A stretch of 52,801 nucleotides of DNA, filler included, from Sphacelaria rigidula (lineage: Eukaryota): assembly GCA_964200075.2 (NCBI GenBank). It is 3 parts of 3 records of this genome, joined end to end, with 100 filler letters (N's around TTAATTAATTAA, not from the genome) between each part and the next. Parts side by side here need not be neighbours in the genome. Positions count along the whole stretch, not along the records: positions 1 to 17,536 come from CAXNAA020001051.1; positions 17,637 to 35,169 come from CAXNAA020001052.1; 1 more part is not named here. One strand, 5' to 3'. Position numbers and translations under genes: made by a program. The stretch's first letter is position 1; every line of letters begins with the position of its first letter. The notes under the pieces are model-generated. The model had not been told where the DNA came from. It was given only the letters and a program-made list of their open reading frames with translations, and did not search any database. Positions 13,801 through 24,800 of this stretch are shown here, one piece after another.

Positions 13801-16800
13801 CCAATTTCGTGCCATAAGCGTATTATTTGGTCCTATCTCCGTTCAATATCGCGGCAGAAAAAAAACGACGTTCACAATCGGTCACAAGTTCTATTTTAAA
13901 CGACTCCCAGAAGAGTTGGCCTTAACCCTTTTGGAACTCACAATGGAAATTTGATCATTTGCAATTGACGGTTTCTGAGCAAGATATGGTTGATGGTTCA
14001 CAGCTTAGACGCAACAATTTTGGCCAAACGCGTACTTTTCAGACCCGTACGAGTGACAAGTGGAACAAGAGAAGGTTTCCTATGTTCTTGCTGCGACCCT
14101 TCGGCGTTTTTTTCTACATTCATGAGCTCCTTCACCGGCCACAGTGCGCGGTAGGCCTCTGTAAAGCATGATTCCCGCCGGACCTGCACGTCCTGCCCGC
14201 TGCAGTATATATTATTTTGCAGTGTCATAGCAACAAGGGCAACGCCGATGGCATATTCGCTAAATGTATGAACTGGCGGTGTAATCCAATCCCAGGCAGT
14301 CACCTTTCCATACCGCCGGGGGTGCTGCGACACTGCCCTGTACAGTACTGGGTGTGTTTACAGCAGTTTGGGGTAATCTCGACTTTAGACTCACGTCATG
14401 CACAACATCGCGCTCATGCACATTCCGATAGCACCATCACCCCCTTCGAAAAATGGGTACAGGCGACGCAGACGCCATGTGCCCTGCAGTTATGCACCGT
14501 CACTGTGGTGTAGAGTCTGCCAAGTGCCGTCGCCCCAGGGGTGATACCTTACTGCTTTGTGTCATGTCTGTACTGTATTTTGAAAATATCTCTGTAAAAC
14601 GCGGGGCATGCACATAACTGCGCTCTGCCAAGTACGTGCCGACAACATCATACTTCGGGCTGACTATTACACAACGGCGTAGCGAAAGGCACAGTTGCCC
14701 CACCACATCTTTACCGCGGGTCGCTCGTTCCCGATCGTTGCACAGACATACTTCATGCTGCATGAAATTCATGACGCCGGCTACCGCTGTCGTCTCGTGC
14801 CGTCTACTCTCATGGCCGACTTTTCACGACATGCCCATATTTATCTTGCACGGAGTGTAGCCGCAAGTCAATACTGTAACCTACTGTATTTACTGACTGT
14901 AGTGTTTTTCATCTGGCCTGATTACGGTAGGCGGTGTCCGTTGGCTCCCTCCCGTGTACATGCATATCGCCTGTTCGGACGCCTGCGAATACGCCCGCCA
15001 TGTACCACCCGCACAACCCACTGTGCCTTCCACATGTGGTGACGGGATTTCGCTGGGTTCAGCCATACTATGCTGTATGTACGGTGTGGCTTGGCAAACT
15101 CGCCACCCGATGCTGCAGCCCGTCGAAGCGGTGCTTCCCTTATGTACAAATGCTCATATACAAACGTGCCAGGTTGGACCCTGGAGCCCATTGCTATTTT
15201 TTGAATGGAATGTTTCATAGTAGTTTTGCTAATTATTGTCGATGGATACGATTGGACACACTTCATCCGTTGCGTGGTATGACTGGACAAACCTTACCTA
15301 AATTCTCCAGGGAGGACATTAATCTTCGGGCTTCCATTATAAAAATGGTTGCCGTCGGCCTATTCTGTTTCTATGTTTTCCTCTTCGTCAGGGCTTCTCA
15401 TAATAAGGCGTTTGGCCAGGGGACAGGAGGGGAGGGTTCCAAAAGAGTTAATAACAGGCATATTTCGGATGTTTTCTTTTCGATCTTCGGAGATTTGCCA
15501 GCAGCGAAGGAAGAGGGTACTTTCGAAATAAAAGCGTTTGCCACCTTGAAAAAAAATTAAGACGACCCTTAATATTTTTGGTGGTATTGTAAGTCATTTG
15601 CCCGGTTAAAAACTCGATGAAAACACATAAGTACCACAAAGTAACGTATTGCAAAAAACAAAGGGGATGAGCTAAAATAGAAAGGGGGTGAGAGCCCTCC
15701 CATGCCGGCATGATCATTCCTTGCGTTCCATGTGGGAGCCCAAGAAGATGTGGCCCGTTGGGCACAAAGATACTTAAGATGAGTTTTAACACGACAAAAG
15801 AACACACCCATGCTGGCTGTGCAGTTGTGAGAAAGAAAAACAAAAAAAACAGGCGGCGCCCGCAAAAACACTTCGCAGAACCGTCACCTCTCCCTTGTTG
15901 CAGTTGAGAACCCCGATGTCGAACATGAGCAAAGCGTTACTCGGGTCTAGCTCCAAACTCCTGCCGCACAAACGATACCGGAAGACGATGTGCAGAGTAC
16001 GGTGGGGAGGGAGAGCAGCGCGCGGGGGAATATGAACTGCGGTACCAAAAAAATACTAGGTGCGATGAATTTTGTGCGGAAACTTCAACACATGGACATC
16101 ATATGTACAGTTATGAGCTTCATTTATCGCACAGGCCGTGTAATGAACCGTGGCTCCGTCAATCCTCTCCTCTATGAAACGATGATGATGATTTGAACCC
16201 TGCTTCCTCTTCACGGACAGTGCCTCTTTCTTGTGACATGGGAGACAGGAGAAGCGTTCGTGAAGGGCAGGGCGGCAGCAGCACTGTGGGTAAAGCGCAC
16301 TCCCGACGTGCCTGCTAGGGCGCATGGTATGAGTGCAAAGATTCAAGTTATTTTCCCGCATATGGTGTAACCTTGAGGCGTGCGTGCGCTTGACGATGGC
16401 TCTGCGTAGCACCCAACCTCGCGCGCTGGTACTGCGTACCGGGATTGAAGCGCGGAGGTGGAAAGCACGTCGACTGAATCATGACGTTCAAGACTTTCCG
16501 CCCTGCATCACTCACTGTTTAATTGTTCCTCTGCTCACCTGCCTTTTGAGGAGAGTTGTATTATTTGGTGGAAGCTACTTCGGCGCACTGAATATGTGTC
16601 CACACCGGTCTTGCTCCTGCTATGCCGTGCGTAACGCGGCGTGCGACAGCGCCAAACGTCCCCCACGCCTTCTCTCTCTATCTCCATTGAGCACATTCTC
16701 TCTTCTTGTCTTCTTCACATGGATGCACTAGAGATCTTGCTCGAGGTAATGCAAAAGTCACTTATAGCTATCGAGAGAATGGAATGTATACTTGACTATT

Positions 16801-17417
16801 TTCATCGTAATCTGGAACCCTGTGACGGGCTCGGTTCAACGGTTCAACAGTTCAACAAGTCAACGAATCATTTAATGTCTCGGGTATGGACCATGCAGTC
16901 TCGGTCCTGGTACGTGTCACTGTGCGTGTAGAGCGATCGGCCGAGCGTTGGTGCTCCGGCACAGCGCGATGAGCGCCAGTACCTGTGTATCATATCGGCT
17001 ATCCAAAGTGAAAAATCGCACGTGTATCGACGACAAATCCCGATGAATGAAAAAGCTACAAAAACTACATGTTTTTTTTTCCTTCTAGGAATCATCGCTT
17101 TCCAACAAACTACAAAAGGACAATTAGGAAAACATGGTCACAAGCATCAAGTATCGAATGTGCTGTGGCCCTATGAATATGAAGTGCAGGCGTGCACAAT
17201 TCCTGTACTACTAACAGTGCAAAAAGGTATATGATTTCTTTTTCAACCCTCCCATCTCTCACCCTCCTCCTCCCCGTCGACTCGCCTATTGTAACAGCGC
17301 TCGGCGGCGGCTGCATCGTCCATGGCCAGGAAAACTCTTCCCATCCCCAACCACGCCTCCGCGTTGTCCTCTCGCAGTTCCAACGATCGCTCGAACGACT
17401 GCTTTGCCTCTTGCCAT
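261..17417 (-). CDS. TPR-repeat + JmjC/cupin-like (JMJD7/JMJD5-type) domain protein, partial at both ends (~384 aa visible)
   Basis: Exons on the minus strand: 17417-17286, 15960-15888, 12699-12625, 12252-12190, 10953-10822, 9463-9302, 7733-7509, 5958-5855, 447-261. All junctions are AG/GT and phase-consistent except the first donor (AG|GCGAGT). The translation has TPR helices (EAKQSFERSLELREDNAEAWLGMGRVFLAMDDAAAAERCYNRSLELDPSNALLMFDIGVL; QLAYGELLEALGQEEEAMKAYDSAI). These are followed by the N-terminal half of a JmjC protein (EFVNRSRPAVVKNFQ..AWSWEALAERFGDSVVRVSLSETGRFDGPE..VLVRPPGTSMAFSDFVELLR..FYLEYL). The catalytic HxD..H motif would lie beyond position 1. The last donor could be 275 instead of 261. 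Confidence 0.85.
771..806. repeat. (TG)n microsatellite
   Basis: About 18 TG units, read directly. Confidence 0.95.
3380..4775 (+). mobile_element. Degenerate non-LTR retrotransposon (RTE-like LINE) reverse transcriptase remnant, intronic and antisense to the host gene
   Basis: Frameshifted RT motifs: HAGKVALKI, LQELAREKNLPLCTCFTDL(Q)KAYDS, LWKVLSTARYGLPAK, GCVLFPALFSVFF, MLYADD (YADD at 4128-4139). C-terminal part EVIEVVLYVCVTW..LREAHRGFLLRCL, YQEVFERTGCECIEVTVMRR. Followed by (GTT)n at ~4775-4809. Confidence 0.85.
5170..5740 (+). repeat. Dispersed ~500-bp repeat (module C) ending in the shared GGTCAA..GACTA.GGCA.GCA..ATGAGTAC-polyC terminus
   Basis: Homologous to 19815-20310 (-) and 48040-48500 (-). 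Shared words include ccggcgtgctccg.cccggcttt, gtggcga.accagaaatgaagca and gcatcttgcattt-like segments. Confidence 0.75.
8808..9128 (-). mobile_element. tRNA-derived SINE
   Basis: On the minus strand: A-box-like TGGTGTAATGGT (9121-9110), B-box GGTTCGATTCC (9077-9067), a ~250-bp body and an (AAT)n tail at ~8827-8808. It does not fold as a complete tRNA. Confidence 0.65.
11520..11825 (+). repeat. Dispersed repeat (family E) ending in degenerate TTAGGG-like units
   Basis: cgtgcgcagaacgcg...tttgaggtctg.caacgc...cgagggttct.ggtat.ccttcg...ggttag is shared with 41690-41965 (+) and 40850-40985 (-). Confidence 0.7.
12820..15572. mobile_element. Possible degenerate DNA transposon (Kolobok-like ends?) inside a TPR-gene intron
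   Basis: Weakly inverted ends (aagggtatc..tttccagg..aacgctttt at 12820 versus aaaagcgttt..ccttgaaa..gacccTTAA at ~15530-15572). Contains an internal tandem repeat and protein-like but broken reading frames at 14000-15290. No clear catalytic motif recognised. Confidence 0.3.
13140..13740. repeat. Degenerate tandem repeat, ~2.6 units of ~222-226 bp
   Basis: gattgcctcagctact (13171), gattgcctgagctact (13393), gattacctgaactatt (13619). tgtggtgcgtttgaaccctgc occurs at 13349 and 13574. Confidence 0.75.
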
Positions 17418-17536
17418 CTAGTCAGAGTGTTTTTTGGACGATTCATCGGGGGATAGTGGATGGGGAGGGTGTACTCATGATCATGCATGCCATAGTCATA
17501 AGACCATTGACCTCGCATCCCTACAATGTCGGGACG

Positions 17537-17636
17537 NNNNNNNNNNNNNNNNNNNNNNNNNNNNNNNNNNNNNNNNNNNNTTAATTAATTAANNNNNNNN
17601 NNNNNNNNNNNNNNNNNNNNNNNNNNNNNNNNNNNN
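17537..17636. other. Artificial contig linker (N44-TTAATTAATTAA-N44)
   Basis: 100-bp spacer carrying a six-frame stop cassette. Confidence 0.97.
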
Positions 17637-17733
17637 CATCTCTCGCGGCGGGTGTGGGGGGGGGGGGGGGGGGGGGGGGGCTATCTTAGAAAGTGTCCTC
17701 AGTAGATATACTTGCAGATAATGTACAGTGGCT

Positions 17734-17798
17734 CTCACTTGCTTCTGTGGCTGTCAGACTCACTTGCTTTTGTCGCTGTCAGACTCACTTGCTTCTAC
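17734..17798. repeat. 25-bp minisatellite, ~2.6 units
   Basis: ctcacttgctt.tgt.gctgtcaga at 17734, 17759 and 17784. Confidence 0.85.
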
Positions 17799-18818
17799 AG
17801 TAATAGAAATGAGTAAACGTGGTGTTCACGAGCGTTTATATGGCCAAGACATGATGAGATACACACGTGTCTTTAAAAGGCGTGGAGCTGCTCAAGAGTG
17901 ACGAGAGGGGGGTATTCTCTGGCTCAGGCACAATGTAGATGGTATGTATCGTTTATCAGAGAGTACTCAAGTAATACTGTAACTTGGAGGAGTGTAAGAG
18001 AGGGGGAAAACCGACGAGTGGTCGGGGTGGGGCCGTCTGCACGGGTCGGCTACTACTGTAGTGTACCGCATTTGCACACACTTGAATATATCAGTACTCG
18101 TACATCACCCCAATCCCCTGTTGTGCGTAAATCCGGCATGACTGGGTGTATCTGAGTCACTCGAATAGTGGGGGGGATGCCGTTCTTCTCAAGCTGCCAT
18201 CTCTAGTGAAGTACAGGATGATTCTGCGTCACCGGATGTACGTCATGTCAAATCGTATAATGTGATTCAACCTATGTCTGACGCGTACGTCGCGTCAGCT
18301 TTTACACTACATGTACTGTAAGGTATGTATCCTAGTTGATTAGCTACCGTTTCCTCCCACCACAATCAACTAGGTCGGCATATTATTCATCTTCAATGTG
18401 CCGAGTAGTTTCTTACCTCAATGGAAGGTCGAAGATCGAATATATGCACTGAACGATTACAAGAGTGAAGATGTTGTCGAACCGTTACAAGTTGTACCGC
18501 AATTTGCAGTAGAGCTAAGCAAGATCAGGCTACATACGTTATCTTACTTTCAACTCCCTGATGTAGTCGGGCATACCGCAACGCGAAACGACAAGGCTCT
18601 ACCGTAACAGCATATGAAACCGCACAGTCTATCCAAGCTACAGGTTGTTGGCCATGTACCTATTTAACCACAGAAGTTCGGCAAAATCATTGGACTGCCC
18701 AGCCCAAGCCCACGCAGCCACTGCCGCTACGATAATATGTATGTGTCCATCGTTACATCGCATAACACAACACGGCGCCGCGCTATCCACCAAATGCCCC
18801 ATGCCCCGCACTTTTCAG

Positions 18819-21800
18819 GCTGCAGCGCGTGGCCATATTAATGGGCTTCGTGGCGAGTCTACACTTTGCGGTGATCCTGATCCCCGTATCTCGCGACAGC
18901 AAGCTCTGGTCCGCCGTCGGCATCCCGTTCGAACGCGCAGTCCTGTACCACGTCATCGCCGGGCACCTGGCCTTCACGGCGGTGTTCACGCACTGTATTC
19001 TGTTTGTGGCGTATTGGGTGTGGACCGATGGGTGGAAACACGCTTGGGTTACATCCACCTCCCAGGTTAGTCTTGTCGGTCGGTTAATGATCACATACCC
19101 CGTGCCAAAAATTGGGGACCTGAGAAATGGTGGGTAGGGGGGCAAGGGCGAAGCAGTCGGTGTGGCCATTCTTTCCGCAGGTTTGTTGACTTTCTCCTCG
19201 CTCTTTTTGCCTGAAATCCTGGAGCACGTGTGGTTATACCAAAATCAAGAGGCTTGGGTGATGAGGATGAGTGGTAAGACCTGATAGCTTCGCGAAGTTC
19301 GTGGCAGACGTATGCGTGCGGTTACGGCGAGCGGGGCCGGAGCATGTATTTAGAGAGTATATCATCGTAGCGGTTGCAGCATGCCCAGGTTGTGATATAC
19401 ATGCATGTCGCAGAAGATCCAAGGAAGATAGGGGGGGGGAGGGGATCAAGATACCAGTGGACTGCTGGGCTAGTCAGCCAGCGCTAGCTGATTGGCTCAA
19501 CAGTCAACCGGCATCTCAACAAATGTGAAGTTTGGTGAGTTCATCGCATAACCCCGAGCATTTACACCCCCGGGTTGCCATTCCTGTAACCAACACTGAT
19601 CACGTCAACCAGTCGACCCGCCACTTATCTCGGCGACGCCGAAGTTTTCAAGCTTTTCGATCGCACCCGATGCTCGCAGTCAAGTATTTTTTATTCCCAC
19701 AGGGTTCGAACCCCAGAACTTGGCTTTTGTTAAGACACCGGTTGACTGCTGAGTGAGGTACTTTTCTGAGCTAAGCGTTGGCTGATTAACTCAGTAGTCA
19801 ACAGGTATCTCAACAGGGGGAGAGGGGGAATGAACTGATGATTTGCGTGCCATAGTCATAAGGCCATTGACTTTGCATCTCTACGAAGCCGGGACGGAGC
19901 ACGCCGGGCTTTCGCCGGACCAGGCTCGCAATCACCAAGCGCGAAGCGCCGTGATGTGTTCGGCGGGTCTCATGAAGGGTGACCTGCACCCTGCCAAGGT
20001 TGTTCGGCTCGAAGCGCACTGATTCTCTTGCATATGGATTACAGCCTCCAAGGAGATGCTTCATTTCTGGTATCGCCACTTCCAGGGACAACCACTGCCT
20101 CATGAGTGTCAAAACAATTAAAAACAGCGTGGTATGATCATCCCCCTTTCACGGAATTCGGGTTCTAGCTCAACCACCGTCATGGTCATCGCAAAAAAAA
20201 CGCAAATCGACAAGAAAGCGACATCCTTGTTGCCTATAGCTTCGACGTGGGTAGCGTGTTTGACAGCGTCGTTGTCAACCGACGCTAATCCTCCAACGGG
20301 GGGTAGGGGATCGGCTTTAGAGACGCGGTAAATGGTCAACATCAGTGCGGAAACACAAGTAGCCCGAGCATGTAGTTTTGAACGAAGCTTGATCTGTTAC
20401 GCATCGCGCTTGTGGTGCTCTCAGGGATGATTGATGGTCCTTCGATTCTGGGGGCGATCGGCTGACAAGAGCGAAGCATGCTTGATTGACGGCGAAGTTG
20501 ATGGGGAATCTACATTTTCCTCACCCGTTATATATAGCTCTTGCCCGCCTCGGTCACGCGTACTGAATAGGGAACATCGTTCTTGCTGAGTTGTGCATGG
20601 ATAGAGTGCTGCTACGGTAGGGATTGCACTTTTCCAGCGAAAAGGGTTCTCGGGGCTGCTCCAGGCGTCGGAGGGGCCATTTTGTGAATCGGCATTATTT
20701 TCACTTGAAAAATACTGGAAATAATGCTGATTCACGAAAAGCCCCCTAGTTGCAAACACCATGTTTCTGGGCGTCCGGTCCCCAAAGGGTTTTGGACTGC
20801 ACAGAAAGGCCCGTATGTTTGTGCTCCTACAAGAAGTAGAGCCCAAGAGCAAAACATTCCAACCCCTACCGTAGCATTGCTCAATATGTATATGAACGTG
20901 CATGCATGGCAGGGTATTTTGTTATCGCTGCTCTTCAATGGAACTATGCACTCGAAGCGCAAATCACGACGATCTCGGGCTCGTCGTCACAAAAATGAAG
21001 ATTGTTGCGCGACAGTGTATGTGTCGTGCAGAACAACGGGGGGGGGGTATAAATGAGAGTTATGATATCTCCACGGCGGCTTTGATGAGTTACGGGTAGG
21101 CTTTCGACCAATAGACTCGCATCCCCCACAACGCTGTGACGTAGCGCCACCCTGTGTACTGTCCCGCTCAGGCTGCTGCGTTTCACAACGATTACAGCGG
21201 CGTATCCACAACGTCACTTTCTTTCGTCGCGTATTTGTTAATTACTCGATGTCACGTGTTCCGCCGTTCTCAGGGCTCAAGGATCACGGCGTCATGCTAC
21301 GGGGGGGGGCGTACTCATTTGTTGCTTGCCTTAGTCATTTGACCATTGCTCCGGGGGGGGGGGGGGCCATGTGGGGCCTTTTTTTCACGGAATCGCCCGT
21401 GGAGTGCGCGTGGAAAACGACAGCTGGTTTCAAACGCNNNNNNNNNNGGGTGTCTGTCTTTCGCGTTTCTGTTGCCGTGCGTGGGGTCCTTGGGGGGGGG
21501 GGCCGGGGGGGGGGGGGGGGGGGGGGGGCTATTTCGGGCTTTTTTTTCACGAAATTCCACTTGAAGTCGTCGTTGAAAGCAACATTGGTTTTCAAATGCG
21601 CTTGTTACCGATACATAACGCTCATGCATATTGCTTAACTACGTTTTTACCCATATGCAAGCGCACCGCGAGCGTGCTGGGTTGTATGACGCACTCATGA
21701 CCCTTCTTTTTCGTGGCATCACCCCCCCCCCCTCCCCATCATGGTCAATAGCCAAACGACTAAGGCAAGCAACAAATGAGTACGCCCCCCCCCTCCTCCC

Positions 21801-24800
21801 TATCGTACCATTACTCCATGATAGCCGTATCCCTTCTGTAACGATCTTCTAGGTCCCCGACTCTCCCGGTATCGCGATGCGTTTTGTAATCCCTGGGCTC
21901 TACTATCACTGCCATCACATTATCTTGACCTTTGCCCAGGTCCACCGTGGAGTGCATGTATTTTCCCTCGCAATGGTGGCCACGTTGCCGTGAATAAAAA
22001 GGGTGAAATCCCGTTTTTGCCTTCCTTTTCTGTGCCGCATCTCAGTCTTCTCTCCTCATCGGGACAAAATGGGCAGTATCGAGGCCTCGACCGATCTGTC
22101 CCCGCCCCAGCACCTGCCTCGTCCTGTTCCAACCAGCATTGACTTACTCGAATTCCCTATTGCGCGTTTTGGACGTGAGAGGTGACGGGATATGAAGCAA
22201 AACCTGCCAAACGGTTGTAATTATCGTCTCCCGTGGGGCAAAGGGTCGTTGGTGGTGCTACTGTTTTCATGCCTTGGCACGATACGCACCAGGCGACTGA
22301 CTCCCTGATGTATTGTAGTAGGTCAGCTTCGGGCACGTTTCACCCCATCAAGCTCGAGTGAAGCACCCTCACGGTGTGTTGCATAAACTTCGAGCATGTT
22401 TCTTCTGTTCAAACTGTTGAATTTTAAGTACGCGGACAGATGGCCCGCGCGACCGGAGTACATCATTCCGTGTCATCAATCAACAGCGTAGCCCCGTATC
22501 GTGAAACGACTTCTGTTACAGGTGAACGAGCAGTACGGTTACGTTGACGTCCCCATGGGTTGGGCGGCGGCACTGTGTGCGGTACCAATGTGGATCACGT
22601 CCATCAACTACGTGCGCCGCCGCTGGTACAGCCTTTTCAAGGCCAGTCACTGGTTGTTCATCGGCGTCTTCTTGTTCGGTGCCCTACACGTGAGTAGCTC
22701 CTTTGTTTCGAGATCGGTGAATCGGGGTTCTGGCCAACCTTGGGTGTTTCGTGGATACTGTTGGACTATGCATCACTACGAAGTCAAGTATTTACCCGGT
22801 TAGCATCGGGACCTCAGCAGAAAGAGAGAGAGAGGGATACATGCAGCACGGATTTTTCTGACAGACATTGTCCGCAGTTCACTCTACGACGACGACGTCC
22901 ACCCTAGGGTAGTGTACCCGCTATATGGCGGTGCCGAATAACGCAGCATTAGCGGTACGACGATTGTTTTTTTCTGCCTTGGTCACACACAACGAATTGT
23001 CTGGTTGACAAGGGTCTACTGTTATTCGCGATATTACGCGCAGTATAACAGATGAAGGCGCAAGGCGGGGGAGTTTAGGTTGTCACTGCAGTGTGCCGCC
23101 GTCAGCGGTCCTGCTACGTTGTTTAGCTAGCCAGAATTCTGAGCTTCAAGCGGTGTGTAGGTCTTGTGAATTCAGGAGCTGGCATCGGTGTTCTTTTCAA
23201 TTCAATTTAGGGAGTATTGGATTCTTCTACGATCGTTCTTCTCCGGTGCCCAGCCTACTCGTAGCGGCAGGCCTGAAGCTTTCTGATCTTTTACCACGGG
23301 AAAGTTTTCGGGACAGTACTCGTGGCGCTCTCAAATTGCCTGAAGTCAAACTGCATTTCATCTGATTTTCCGTTCCCACGATCGCACCCTTTTTATCCAA
23401 GCCTGGGTCCCCTGCCCCTTCCAAGGATATACGGAATAGCAAAATAATCAGTCTCTCTCTGAAACCATGTATATCGACACGACTAGCGGATACATGCCTC
23501 AACCTGCAAGATCGGCTTATTCTGCTTTACCCAGATGCTACAATGCGGCTCGCCTTGTACTATATAATGGTAGGTTCAGAGCGTGTCTGCATTGCGGATG
23601 CGAACCTTTTTTCTGCCTCCGTGTAGAGTGTAGGCATTTGTTTTCCCATGTTTACCATTACTGCTGCTGCTGCTGCTGATGGCAATTGTTATGCATGTGG
23701 TACCGGTCTGTTCGTACCGCATATCCGCTTACTGGCGAGTCATGCTGCGATACGGGAGGGGGTATGTTGGGTCGTTTTTTTCCACGAAATCCTACTCGAA
23801 ATGGTCGTTAATAGCAGCAACGGTTGTTCAAACGTGCTTGCTTCCGGTGAATAGCGCTCATCCATACTGCTTGACACCGCCTTTACCCAAATACAAGCGC
23901 ACCGCGAATGTGTTAGGTCGTCTGAAGCGTTTTTGAGCCCATTTGTTCGTGGAATCAACCCCCCCCCTATCGTAGACGGTGCTCCGTCTCGAAAGGGATG
24001 CGTGGTCAATGGTCAAACGACTAAGGCAAGCAACAAATGAGTACGCCCCCCCTATCGTAGCATGCCTCTGGCGCGGGCTTGCGTCAAAAGCGAGACCGTG
24101 CCCGTGTTCATTGAACGCTCGTCCGAGAACGGGAGAGGAGGTACTCATGACTTTGCATATCGTAGTCAAAGTACCGTTTGTCTCGAATCCCTAGAAAGTT
24201 GGGATGGAGCACGCCGGAATTTCGCCGGACTAGGGTCGAGGGGGGGGGGGGACGGGGGGTGAGACAGTAACTTGAAGAACAGGTGGAAATCCTCCTGCTT
24301 GGGAAGTGGTGTGAAGGTGAAGGTACCAGCACCGTACGGGATAAAAACACAGATTTGCACTCAGTGCGTTGCCACGGTACACATTAGTTCATTGATTGAC
24401 TAATCCATCGTCTCGCACGGGATCCGCTACACCCCGTCAAGGTTCAGTGAACAAAATTCGCATATCACCGGAGCGCAGAAACTCCCGTCTCTGGTGTTTG
24501 CTAAGATCATTGCTACACAACGAGTCATGCTAAGATGGGGGGGGGGGGGGGGGGGGCGGTCTTTTTTTTTTTTTTCTTTTGGTTTTTTACCTGTGGTTGG
24601 GGGGGGGGGGGGGCACCCCTTTGTTGCTTGCCTTGATCGTTTGACCATTGACCACCCTTCCCTTTCGTGACAGAGCACCGATATGGGGGTGTTTTGGGCC
24701 GTCTTCTTTTCTCCGAAATTTCACTCCAATCATTGTTGAAAGTGGCCAACGGTTGTCCGAACGCGCTTGCTCCCGATGTGTAACGCTCCCCCATACTGCT

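Noticed and set aside
13140..17798. CRISPR-like arrays (13140-13740 and 17734-17798)
   Set aside because: No unique spacers between identical repeats, no cas genes, and a eukaryotic context.
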